From: a virus
Reading direction: 5' to 3' (one strand)
Virus record (IMG/VR): IMGVR_UViG_3300045942_000110
Length of the DNA stretch: 64,000 nucleotides
Both the position numbers and the translations under genes were made by a program. Position 1 is the stretch's first letter, and every line of letters begins with the position of its first letter. This document shows, one piece after another, positions 33,998 through 42,717 of the stretch. The notes under the pieces are model-generated. The model had not been told where the DNA came from. It saw nothing but the letters and a program-made list of their open reading frames with translations, and searched no databases.

Positions 33998-34704
33998 TGT
34001 CGAAGATCAAGCTTCCCTCCCTGCCCGTCGACGAACACGAGGTCGGCATTCCGAAGGTCCTTCACCGCATCTGGGTCGGAGGTCCGATCCCGGCGTGGGT
34101 CCAGGCCAGCTGGGACCGTCAGGATCGCTCTCTCGCCGTGGCGCACGACGGCTGGCAGGTATGGACGTATACCGACGAGACGCTGGTGCACCTGCCGGGC
34201 ATCTTCCAGCACGTGGCCGAGGTAGCTGACGCCTACGGGCTGCCTCCTCGAGGGAAGGCAGACCTGCTGCGCGTCGCTGCAGTCGGACTGCATGGTGGGT
34301 TCTACCTCGACGCTGACGTCGTGATTCTGCGATCGCTCGACGACATCTTCGAGAACTCCGGGGTCAGCACGTGGACGACGTCGCACGCGGAGAGCTACGA
34401 CCAGCAGGTGCTGTGGAACGGCGGGTTCGCTGCCACCCGCTTCAGCCCGTACATGGCGGAGATCATGGCCTTCGCTCAGCACAAGCTCGAGCGGGGCGTT
34501 ACGAACGAGCACTTCCTCGCCGGCCCGCGGGCGTACCGGACGTTCCTGCCGACGGGACCCACCTCGATCACCGAGTGGAACTTCCAGTTCGAGGCCACCG
34601 CGGCCGAGCGGCGCATAATGGCCGCCGGCGGCGAGTTCGACCTGGTGGACATGCGCCGCGCGTACCCCGCTCGGCTGAAGCACGTGGGACCGAGGGAGGA
34701 CTGA
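33997..34704 (+). CDS. glycosyltransferase, GT32-like paralogue
   Basis: LHRIWVGGPIPAW, ADLLRVAAVGLHGGFYLDADVVIL. Confidence 0.75.
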   Translation: MSKIKLPSLPVDEHEVGIPKVLHRIWVGGPIPAWVQASWDRQDRSLAVAHDGWQVWTYTDETLVHLPGIFQHVAEVADAYGLPPRGKADLLRVAAVGLHGGFYLDADVVILRSLDDIFENSGVSTWTTSHAESYDQQVLWNGGFAATRFSPYMAEIMAFAQHKLERGVTNEHFLAGPRAYRTFLPTGPTSITEWNFQFEATAAERRIMAAGGEFDLVDMRRAYPARLKHVGPRED

Positions 34705-34705
34705 G

Positions 34706-35473
34706 ATGAAGCTGCCCACCCTGCACATCCTGACCGTGGCGGATGCCGGCGACGAGCGCGACGACATCGTGGCGTCGTATGTTGACGGAGCCACTCCGGA
34801 CTCCAAGGTGTTGGTCCACGTGGACGAGGAACGCCGTGGGATCATGTGGAACTGGCTGCACACCGCTGAGCACGCCCTGGCGTATGACGACACGAAGTGG
34901 TCGATCATCATCCAGGACGATGCAGCCGCACTGCCGGGCTGGCGCACGCTGTTGCCCGAGGCGCTGTGGTTCTCGCCGGCGCCGATCCTAGGCATGAGCC
35001 ACTTCGGCCAGATCACGGATACCGCCCACCGCGCTGGTGTCCCCTACCTGGTGGGCCCTCACCTCATCTGGGGTGCGGCCGTGGCCTACCGCCGGGACTT
35101 CCTCGAGGGTCTCGTACCGTGGGCGCGCCGGGTGTACGAGGCGACCGGCTACCCGCACGACGATCGGCTGGTGTCGGCGTACGCGAACAAGATCGGCGTC
35201 GACACGGCGTTGACCACGCGTGCGCTGTTCGACCAGCCCGTCGAGAAGAGCACGGTGGGCCACGGCGGCCAGAACCGTCGGCCGGGTCACACCATCCTCG
35301 AGCCGGGCGCGCACTACGGTGTGCGGCCTCGTGCACGGCGCAAGGCCAGCGGCGGAGCGCCTGAGCAGCGCGAGTGGCTCAAGGATCTCTTCACCCCGAA
35401 CGAACACCCCACCCACGGCTTCCAGGTCATCCGCAGCGGTGCGGTCACCTGGGCAGCGAAGGAGACCTCGTGA
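34706..35473 (+). CDS. glycosyltransferase, GT-A fold
   Basis: WSIIIQDDAAALPGW DXD-type motif. gagggagg SD upstream. Confidence 0.6.
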   Translation: MKLPTLHILTVADAGDERDDIVASYVDGATPDSKVLVHVDEERRGIMWNWLHTAEHALAYDDTKWSIIIQDDAAALPGWRTLLPEALWFSPAPILGMSHFGQITDTAHRAGVPYLVGPHLIWGAAVAYRRDFLEGLVPWARRVYEATGYPHDDRLVSAYANKIGVDTALTTRALFDQPVEKSTVGHGGQNRRPGHTILEPGAHYGVRPRARRKASGGAPEQREWLKDLFTPNEHPTHGFQVIRSGAVTWAAKETS

Positions 35474-35937
35474 TCACGCTGCACATCGGCATCACCGTGC
35501 GGGATTCGCGCGTGCAGGAGCTGCTCGAGCTGCTCGACTACGAGTACATCGGCATGTATGGCGAGCCCGATCCAGACCCGCGGGGCGGCATCTATGGCTC
35601 GGACGCCATCCTGCTGACGGAGACCAGCCTGTCGCGCAATACGTCCGATTTCCCGATCGCCGTGTGCGGCGTCAGCTGGAGTGCGAGCGAGAAGGCGCAC
35701 GTGCTACATCGTCTGTTCGTGCGCTACTCGCGACGCGGCCAGGGCCACTCCCGGACGCTCATGACGGCCGCCGAGCTGTTCGTGCGTCAGAACGACGGCA
35801 CGCGGCTCATCCTGGAGACCGGTGAGACGCAGACGGCCGCGCTGGCACTGTACAAGAACCTCGGGTACACCCCGACGGAGCCTTTCGGCTACTACGCTGA
35901 CCAGCCCACCAGCCGATTCCTCGGAAAGGACCTCTGA
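35470..35937 (+). CDS. GNAT family N-acetyltransferase
   Basis: LFVRYSRRGQGHSRTLMTAAE...ALALYKNLGY matches the acetyl-CoA binding motif A. GTGA coupling. Confidence 0.75.
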   Translation: MITLHIGITVRDSRVQELLELLDYEYIGMYGEPDPDPRGGIYGSDAILLTETSLSRNTSDFPIAVCGVSWSASEKAHVLHRLFVRYSRRGQGHSRTLMTAAELFVRQNDGTRLILETGETQTAALALYKNLGYTPTEPFGYYADQPTSRFLGKDL

Positions 35938-36938
35938 TGCCGAAGAGGATCGAGGTGCTGACCGCGCCTCCCGCGTTCACGCCCACGCTGCACCAGGAGG
36001 AGCTGGAGTGGTTCATGGCCAACGCTCCGACGTGGGGCTGGCACTGGGCCAAGACGTTCGCGAAGGGCGCCCATCACTCGTACGTGATGAAGGGCAAGCA
36101 CCTCGACGCAGAGACTTACGAGCGCGCGGTGCGCGTGGTCATGGCGCTGGGACAGCCGGCGAACTTCCACCGGCGGGTGAACCTCGAGCTGCACCTGCAC
36201 AACCTGGAGATGCCGTACGGCGCTCCGGGCGAGGAGCAGGTGTTGCGGGGCTTCAAGTTCTGGCCGATGACGAACGAGATGTCGATCAGCCAGGCGTTCA
36301 ACGTGGCGCCGGTGCACCTGTCGTACGGTGCGCAGACGGCGGTGGCGTCCAGAGACGAGCTCACGCGCCCGGACCAGTGGGACTTCCCGGCGGCCGACCT
36401 CGACTGGTACCTCAACAACCCCGAGGTCCGGACGCTCGAGCGGTGGAAGGGCGCGCTGCACAAGGCCCTCGGGATCCCCTCGGGGAACTTCGTCAACAGC
36501 GCGATCGAGCTGGGCCCGTCGACGGGCTTCGCCAAGGACCTGGGCCTGATCGCCGACAACGCGGAGTACCGTCTCGTACAGGGCAGCCAGGGCCTGATGA
36601 ACCAGGCGATCTTCAAGCACGACGTGCGCGACATCCGCCCGATGGACGTCAACGAGTACCTCGACCCGTGGCACTGGGAGGCCGGCGACACGGCGAACAC
36701 GGTACTCGCGCTCTTCGGCGCCGCGTCATACTTGAGCCCAGGGGCTGTGGAGCAGGCGTTCGTTCGAGCGCGCAGCCGTCTGGTGCTCATGCACCACCTG
36801 CCCGATACGGGGACGCAGCGCGACTTCGGAGTGCGTCTGCACCCGGAGCACCGCGAGTCGCTGCAGACGGCTGAGAACCTGCCGGGCGCGCGCACGGTGC
36901 GAGCCCAGGGATACGCGATCACGGTGGTGAGGAAGTAA
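35937..36938 (+). CDS. hypothetical protein, possible SAM-methyltransferase-like C-terminal half
   Basis: TGATG coupling at both ends. AIELGPSTGF loosely resembles methyltransferase motif I. The function is weakly supported. Confidence 0.5.
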   Translation: MPKRIEVLTAPPAFTPTLHQEELEWFMANAPTWGWHWAKTFAKGAHHSYVMKGKHLDAETYERAVRVVMALGQPANFHRRVNLELHLHNLEMPYGAPGEEQVLRGFKFWPMTNEMSISQAFNVAPVHLSYGAQTAVASRDELTRPDQWDFPAADLDWYLNNPEVRTLERWKGALHKALGIPSGNFVNSAIELGPSTGFAKDLGLIADNAEYRLVQGSQGLMNQAIFKHDVRDIRPMDVNEYLDPWHWEAGDTANTVLALFGAASYLSPGAVEQAFVRARSRLVLMHHLPDTGTQRDFGVRLHPEHRESLQTAENLPGARTVRAQGYAITVVRK

Positions 36939-38311
36939 TGGCTCTGACGGTCGAAGAGAAGGAGCAGCGCGCCGCAGAGCGGCAGCGTCTGCGGGACGAG
37001 CGGGCGGCCACCCTCGCGAAGGAGAAGGCGGACGCCAAGGCGGAGCGCGACCAGGAGCGGGCGGCACGCAAGGCGACCGAGGAGGCCGAGAAGGCCGAGC
37101 GCGCACGTCTGCGCCAGGAGGCGCGCGACGCGCCGTTCATCAACCGTGCGCTGGTCGAGATCGACATGCCCGTCTATGACGCGGCGCTTGAGCGGATCCG
37201 CTGGCTCTGGAAGGAGTTCGACGGCAACCTCTCGGTGAGCATCTCCGGCGGCAAGGACTCCACGGTGATCATGGAGCTGGCTGCGATCGTCGCGCGCGAG
37301 AACGGCGCTCGGCTGAAGGTGCAGTTCCTCGACCAGGAGGCGGAGTGGCAGGCCACGCGTGACTACCTGCGAGAGCTGAAGGACACGCGCGAGGACATCG
37401 ACTTCGACTGGTACCAGGTGCCCTTCAAGCTGTTCAACGCGTCGAGCCACGGCGCCGAGGGCGAGTGGGGTTACATGTGGCCGGAGATCGAGCCCGAGAG
37501 CGGCTACATGCGGCCACCCGAGCACGACTCGATCCGCGTCAACGACTTCGGGGTGGACCGCTTCACCGAGGTGCTGCATGAGATGAACCGCCGCGCCGGC
37601 GGCGTGCACCTGTCCGGAATGCGCGCCGAGGAGGCGCCCACCCGCCGTCTGGGTATGACGTCGAAGCCTGCGTACAAGTGGGCGACGTGGGGCGCTGGGG
37701 ACCCCTCGGGGACGCCGAACACGCCGGGCCAGTTCTGGTTCATGCACCCGATCTACGACTGGTCGTTCCGCGACATCTGGAAGGCGATCGAGGCCAACGG
37801 GTGGAAGTACAACCGTCTCTACGACGAGATGTACCGCTACGGCGTGAACCACCGTGAGATGCGCGTGAGCAGCCTCATCCACTCGGGCGCCGTGCGCCAC
37901 ATCGAGCAGATTCAGGAGATCGAGCCCGCGACGTGGGAGCGCCTGGTGGGCCGGTACGGCGGCGTGAACGCTGCAGCGCACGTCGGCGAGGACTCTCTCG
38001 AGGAGTTCCGCCGGAAGCGGCCGTGGATGTTCGACAGCTGGCTGGAGTACGCCGAGTACCTGATCGACAACCTCATCGAGCCGGAGCACCGGCCGAAGTT
38101 CCGCAAGCTGATCGCCACGTACAAGGCCCAGTGCCCGTGGATGCACATCGACCGGGTGGCGCAGAAGATGCTGCCGCTGATCATGAAGAACGACTACTTC
38201 AGCGACTACTCCTTCGGGAAGATGCTGAACACGAGCAAGACCTGGGCGGACCAGTACCAGGAGAAGAACGGGCCGCTGCCCGTCGACTGGGCCAAGCCCG
38301 TCGAGGACTGA
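36938..38311 (+). CDS. PAPS-reductase / PP-loop ATP-pyrophosphatase family protein (IbrA-like)
   Basis: PP-loop SISGGKDST. About 60 aa of K/E/R/A-rich N-terminal extension. Followed by ParB-fold genes. Confidence 0.75.
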   Translation: MALTVEEKEQRAAERQRLRDERAATLAKEKADAKAERDQERAARKATEEAEKAERARLRQEARDAPFINRALVEIDMPVYDAALERIRWLWKEFDGNLSVSISGGKDSTVIMELAAIVARENGARLKVQFLDQEAEWQATRDYLRELKDTREDIDFDWYQVPFKLFNASSHGAEGEWGYMWPEIEPESGYMRPPEHDSIRVNDFGVDRFTEVLHEMNRRAGGVHLSGMRAEEAPTRRLGMTSKPAYKWATWGAGDPSGTPNTPGQFWFMHPIYDWSFRDIWKAIEANGWKYNRLYDEMYRYGVNHREMRVSSLIHSGAVRHIEQIQEIEPATWERLVGRYGGVNAAAHVGEDSLEEFRRKRPWMFDSWLEYAEYLIDNLIEPEHRPKFRKLIATYKAQCPWMHIDRVAQKMLPLIMKNDYFSDYSFGKMLNTSKTWADQYQEKNGPLPVDWAKPVED

Positions 38312-38324
38312 GGGGAAGCAGAGC

Positions 38325-39071
38325 ATGACAGAGAAGGCGATCGGCACGGCCGTCGTGGAGGGGCGCACCACGCGCGTCCAGATCCCTCCGGTGGACCCGG
38401 AGAAGCAGGCGGTGGTCGACCAGATCAACGAGACGAACCGGCTGAACTACGAGCGCCTCGTCGAGGCGGGCGTGCTCGCGGACGACATGCCGGTGGCGCG
38501 CGTGCAGCTGCTGCACATCAGCCGTGTCCAGGCGAACGACTACAACCCCAACGCGGTGGCGGCCGACGAGATGCGCCTGCTGCACACCTCGATCAGCGAG
38601 GACGGCTACACGATGCCGATCGTCGCGATCTGGGACGCGGAGGCCGACGGCGGCCAGGGCAAGGCGATCATCGTGGACGGGTTCCACCGCTACACAACGA
38701 TGCGGATGTTCCAGGACATTGCGGACCGCAACAGCGGGTACCTGCCCGTCTCGCTGATCAAGAAGGACGTCAGCGACCGCATCGCCTCGACCGTGCGCCA
38801 CAACCGCGCGCGCGGGAAGCACTCCGTCGCCGGCATGGGCACGCTGGTGTTCCAGATGCTCGAGCAGGGCGAGGACGACCTCACCATCTGCAACAAGCTG
38901 GGAGTCGACGTCGAGGAGCTGGCGCGTCTGAAGCACGTGACCGGATACTCGAAGCTGTACGGTCCCGACAAGGCGCCGGCGTACTCGAACGTCGTGCTGA
39001 CCGGCAGCCAGATGCAGGCCAAGGCCGACTACAAGAAGGAGCACCCCGATGAGTCCGTCCCCCGCTACTGA
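38325..39071 (+). CDS. ParB/sulfiredoxin-fold protein (IbrB-like)
   Basis: VQANDYNPN, IIVDGFHRY, VRHNRARGKH. Confidence 0.7.
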   Translation: MTEKAIGTAVVEGRTTRVQIPPVDPEKQAVVDQINETNRLNYERLVEAGVLADDMPVARVQLLHISRVQANDYNPNAVAADEMRLLHTSISEDGYTMPIVAIWDAEADGGQGKAIIVDGFHRYTTMRMFQDIADRNSGYLPVSLIKKDVSDRIASTVRHNRARGKHSVAGMGTLVFQMLEQGEDDLTICNKLGVDVEELARLKHVTGYSKLYGPDKAPAYSNVVLTGSQMQAKADYKKEHPDESVPRY

Positions 39072-39633
39072 GGGCATGGAGCTGCGCGAGGTCGCGGTCT
39101 CCGATCTGATCCCGTACTGGCGCAACCCGCGTCGCATCAGCGACGAGGCCGTCGAGGCGATCATGCAGTCGATCGAGGAGTACGGCTACCAGCAGCCGAT
39201 CGTCGTGGACAGCGAGATGGTCATCGTGATGGGTCATACCCGCCACGCGGCGATCCGCCGGATGGGCTACCAGCGCGTCAACGTGCTCGTGGCCTCGGGG
39301 CTGTCGGCGAAGCAGATCAAGGAGCTGCGCACGATCGACAACCGCACCTCGGAGTTCACGCGGTGGGACTTCGACAAGCTCATGGACGAGCTCGGCACAG
39401 TGGACCAGAACCTCATGGCCTCGTTCTTCCCCGAGATCATCGACCCGGTGAAGGCTGAGGTGGTCGACGAGGACGGCAACATCGAGCAGCTGACGATCGA
39501 GGTCACCGCGAAGAAGGAGGACCCGGAGGCGGAGTTCATCTGCCCCGAGTGCTTCCACGGCTGGAAGATGCAGATCAGCAAGGAGGACGTGCTCTCGGGC
39601 CACCTCTACGTCAAGAAGGAGACCCAGGCGTGA
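39049..39633 (+). CDS. ParB N-terminal domain protein, paralogue 1
   Basis: aaggag SD 7 nt upstream. LIPYWRNPRRI, QQPIVVD...VIVMGHTRH. C-terminal CPECFHG. Confidence 0.7.
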   Translation: MSPSPATEGMELREVAVSDLIPYWRNPRRISDEAVEAIMQSIEEYGYQQPIVVDSEMVIVMGHTRHAAIRRMGYQRVNVLVASGLSAKQIKELRTIDNRTSEFTRWDFDKLMDELGTVDQNLMASFFPEIIDPVKAEVVDEDGNIEQLTIEVTAKKEDPEAEFICPECFHGWKMQISKEDVLSGHLYVKKETQA

Positions 39634-40265
39634 GCGACGCGACGAACACCGAGGCGCCGGCGCGCGACCTCGTTCCGGGATTGGTCGGCGAGCTGAAGTT
39701 TGTGCCGATCGAGACGCTGGTCCCGTACGAGAACAACCCGCGCTCGATCCCGCAGGACGCCATCGACGCGGTGGCGGAGAGCATCAAGCGCTACGGCTGG
39801 CAGCAGCCGATCGTGGTCGACGAGGAGATGGTGATCGTCGTTGGTCACACCCGGCGACAGGCCGCGCTGAGCCTCGGGCTCACCTCGGTGCCGATCCACG
39901 TCACGAAGCTGCCGGCGGAGAAGATCCGTGAGTACCGGTTGGTGGACAACCGCACGGGCGAGATGTCGAGCTGGGATCACGACTCGCTCGTCATGGAGCT
40001 GCGTGAGTTCGACAACGACCTGCTGCAGGTCTTCTTCCCGGAGATCGACCTCGAGTCGAATCTCATCGCCAACGCGACGGGACCCACCGAGCAGGAGATG
40101 AAGTGGGCCGAGGAGAAGGCCGGCAACGTCAAGGGCGCCTCGGATGCCAGCATGCACACGACCGACGTGACGTGCCCGTCGTGCGAGGGGCACTTCAAGG
40201 TGAAGACGCGCTCGCTGCCGGGCATGGACACCAAGACCATCGAGGACATGGCGGATGGCGACTGA
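39630..40265 (+). CDS. ParB N-terminal domain protein, paralogue 2
   Basis: GTGA coupling. LVPYENNPRSI, QQPIVVD...VIVVGHTRR. C-terminal CPSCEGH. Confidence 0.7.
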   Translation: MSDATNTEAPARDLVPGLVGELKFVPIETLVPYENNPRSIPQDAIDAVAESIKRYGWQQPIVVDEEMVIVVGHTRRQAALSLGLTSVPIHVTKLPAEKIREYRLVDNRTGEMSSWDHDSLVMELREFDNDLLQVFFPEIDLESNLIANATGPTEQEMKWAEEKAGNVKGASDASMHTTDVTCPSCEGHFKVKTRSLPGMDTKTIEDMADGD

Positions 40266-40806
40266 CAGCAACGCAGCACGCGACTCCGCCGAGGAGACGC
40301 TGAGAGGCCGCGGCAACGAGGTCCAGGTGCAGCAGCAGCGTCGAAGCGAGGCGGTGTCGCTGCGCCTGGCCGGCATGAGCTACGAGCAGATCGGTGAGCG
40401 TCTCGGCATCAGCGGCAACGCCGCGGAGCAGATGATCGGCCGAGCTCTGGACCGCAACGAGGTCCGCTCGGTCAGCCAGCTGCGCGCCGAGGAGAATGCT
40501 CGCCTGGACCGTGCGCAGATGGCTATCTGGGGCAAGGTCATCGAGGGCGACATCAAGGCGATCGGCACGTTCCTGCAGATCAGCGCGGCCCGCTCGAAGA
40601 TGAACGGGCTGTACGCTCCCACGCAGGTGCAGGTGTCGATGACCATCCGTCAGGAGATGGAGGAGGCCCTGCAGTCCCTCGAGACGCTGGTGCTCGGCGA
40701 GAGCCAGTACGCACAGAGCGACCCGGTAGGCCCCAACGGCCCGATGCGCCTGGAGGAAGCACGCGATGTCACAGACGCTGGTCACTCAGCCCCGCCTGTC
40801 CCCTGA
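40255..40806 (+). CDS. terS: terminase small subunit-like HTH protein
   Basis: Sigma-70 region-4-like HTH LRLAGMSYEQIGERLGISGNAAEQMIGRAL, then a helical oligomerisation-like region. Lies directly upstream of and overlapping terL. Confidence 0.55.
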   Translation: MATDSNAARDSAEETLRGRGNEVQVQQQRRSEAVSLRLAGMSYEQIGERLGISGNAAEQMIGRALDRNEVRSVSQLRAEENARLDRAQMAIWGKVIEGDIKAIGTFLQISAARSKMNGLYAPTQVQVSMTIRQEMEEALQSLETLVLGESQYAQSDPVGPNGPMRLEEARDVTDAGHSAPPVP

Positions 40807-42484
40807 GGAGTTCAAGAAGCGCCTCGCTGAACTCAAACGCCTGGCGGCCAACGCGGCATCCGAGTCGGAGGGTCGAGAGATCCTCAGCCGTATCGCGCAG
40901 GTCAGCCGCGCGTTCCGTGTGCAGAACGGCATCGGCCTGCCGCTGAACCCCGCGCTGCAGGCGCAGGAGATCGACCCGGGCTTCCGCATTCGCCCGCACA
41001 TCGACTACCTCTCGAACAAGATCGCCGAGGCGGTTCGGGACGTGGAGAACGGCAAGAGCCGACGCCTGATCGTGTCGATGCCACCTCGAGCCGGCAAGAG
41101 CACATTGACGAGCCTCTGGACGCCGCTGTGGATTCTCCGACGGCATCCCGAGTGGAAGTTCATGATGGCGTCCTACGACGGGGCGCTGACGACGAACTGG
41201 GCACGCCAGCAGCGCACGATGATCGAGGACCGGCCCGACCTCGGTGTGGCGCTGATGCGAGACGGCGGTGCCGGCGGTAAGTGGGCCACGGTGGAGAAGG
41301 GCGGCATGTTCGCCACCGGTGTGGGTGGCGCGATGACCGGTCGCGGTGCGAAGGTGATGCTGATCGACGACCCGATCGCCGACTTCGTGAGCGCCCACTC
41401 GCTGCGCATCCGCGACAACCTCTGGAACTGGTGGCTGTCGGTGGCGCAGACACGCCTCGAGCCGCCGTCCCTGGTGATCGTGGTCATGACGCGGTGGCAC
41501 GAGGACGACTTCGTCGGCCGGCTGCTGAGCAAGGAGTACGAGGGCGACCCCTCGGAGTGGGAGGAGATCGTGCTGCCGGCGATCGCCGACCGTGAGAACG
41601 ACCCGCTGGGCCGGGAGATCGGTGAGCCGCTGTACAGCCCGCTCCCGAGCCTGGACTACGAGCTGAACGACCCGGAGGCCGCGGTGCGGCGCTGGGACAA
41701 GGTCAAGGTCGACGTGGGCTCGTACACGTTCGCGTCGATGTACCAGCAGCGGCCGGCGCCCCAGAAGGGTGCCATCTTCGACGCGGGCTGGTGGCGGTTC
41801 TGGACGACGAATCCGAACCGTGCGACCGAGGACGGCCGCGTTATGTTCCTCGACCCGGGCGGTCTGGTCGGTGCGCAGTGGCTGGACAGCTGGGACACGG
41901 CGTTCAAGGCGTCCGAGGACTCCTCGTGGGTGGTGGCGCAGCGCTGGGCGAAGCAGGGACCGAACCGATACCTCATCACGCAGAAGCGCGGGCGCTGGTC
42001 GTTCACGAAGACGCTGCAGGAGTTCAAGAAGTGGGCGGTCAAGGACAACCACGGCGAGAGCCCGTTCGGGAAGTTCGTGCATAAGTCGCTGATGGAGGAG
42101 AAGGCCAACGGTGCCGCCATCATCGACACGGTGAAGGAGGAGATCAGCGGGATCAAGGCGATCAACCCGCGCACCTCGAAGGAGGCGCGTGCGCGCGCGA
42201 TCACGCCCGAGGTGGAGTCCGGTCACGTCTACCTGCCGCACCCGCTGGACCCCGGCAACGAGTGGGTCACCGACCTACTCAGCGAGCTGCGCAACTTCCC
42301 TCACGACACCAATGACGACCAGGTCGACGGTCTGACCCAGGCCCTCGAAGAGTTCCGCGAAGGCGGGGGCGGCGGTATCAGCGTGCCCGGCCGGCGCCCA
42401 GCGCCTGGCATCCAGGGCCGGTCGATCCCTCGGAACATCACGGCGGCCGCTGCGACGATGGGTCGGCGCATCCCTGGCAGGTAG
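40766..42484 (+). CDS. terL: terminase large subunit
   Basis: Walker A PPRAGKST and Walker B-like MLIDDP. C-terminal RNaseH-like nuclease region (DSWDTAFK..., NDDQVD). Confidence 0.85.
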   Translation: MSQTLVTQPRLSPEEFKKRLAELKRLAANAASESEGREILSRIAQVSRAFRVQNGIGLPLNPALQAQEIDPGFRIRPHIDYLSNKIAEAVRDVENGKSRRLIVSMPPRAGKSTLTSLWTPLWILRRHPEWKFMMASYDGALTTNWARQQRTMIEDRPDLGVALMRDGGAGGKWATVEKGGMFATGVGGAMTGRGAKVMLIDDPIADFVSAHSLRIRDNLWNWWLSVAQTRLEPPSLVIVVMTRWHEDDFVGRLLSKEYEGDPSEWEEIVLPAIADRENDPLGREIGEPLYSPLPSLDYELNDPEAAVRRWDKVKVDVGSYTFASMYQQRPAPQKGAIFDAGWWRFWTTNPNRATEDGRVMFLDPGGLVGAQWLDSWDTAFKASEDSSWVVAQRWAKQGPNRYLITQKRGRWSFTKTLQEFKKWAVKDNHGESPFGKFVHKSLMEEKANGAAIIDTVKEEISGIKAINPRTSKEARARAITPEVESGHVYLPHPLDPGNEWVTDLLSELRNFPHDTNDDQVDGLTQALEEFREGGGGGISVPGRRPAPGIQGRSIPRNITAAAATMGRRIPGR

Positions 42485-42525
42485 CACTCTGAGACACGTC
42501 AGGATCTGTTCTCCGTCACCCAGGT

Positions 42526-42546
42526 GTGATACACTTAGTCATACGC
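42526..42546 (+). promoter_or_regulatory. class-1 promoter-like motif, copy D
   Basis: gtgatacacttagtcatacgc followed by the 8-bp hairpin cgcgggga/tccttgcg. Lies 34 nt before ATG 42580. Confidence 0.6.
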
Positions 42547-42579
42547 GGGGAGGGTCCTTGCGTCTCTGAGGAGAGTGTC

Positions 42580-42717
42580 ATGGACGTGCTGACGAGCGTC
42601 ATCGAGATCATCGGCGAGACGGTTCACGCGATTCCGGCGTGGGCCTGGCTCGGCGCCCTGTTTGCGGGCGTCACCCTCGCGGTGGTCGGCATCTGGCTGG
42701 ACCGGAACAATGCCTGA
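42580..42717 (+). CDS. small membrane protein (45 aa)
   Basis: gaggag SD. TM helix WAWLGALFAGVTLAVVGIWL. Confidence 0.6.
   Translation: MDVLTSVIEIIGETVHAIPAWAWLGALFAGVTLAVVGIWLDRNNA

Noticed and set aside
36116-38428. 770-aa reverse-strand ORF and similar long antisense ORFs (1041-2108, 6021-7151, 8271-9680, 19045-20514, 40769-42241, all on the - strand)
   Set aside because: They lie antisense to genes with unambiguous enzyme motifs (PAPS reductase, endolysin, DNA polymerase, primase, Cas4-like nuclease, TerL). They are Arg/Ala/Pro/His-rich, which is the usual stop-codon-poor artefact of high-G+C DNA.
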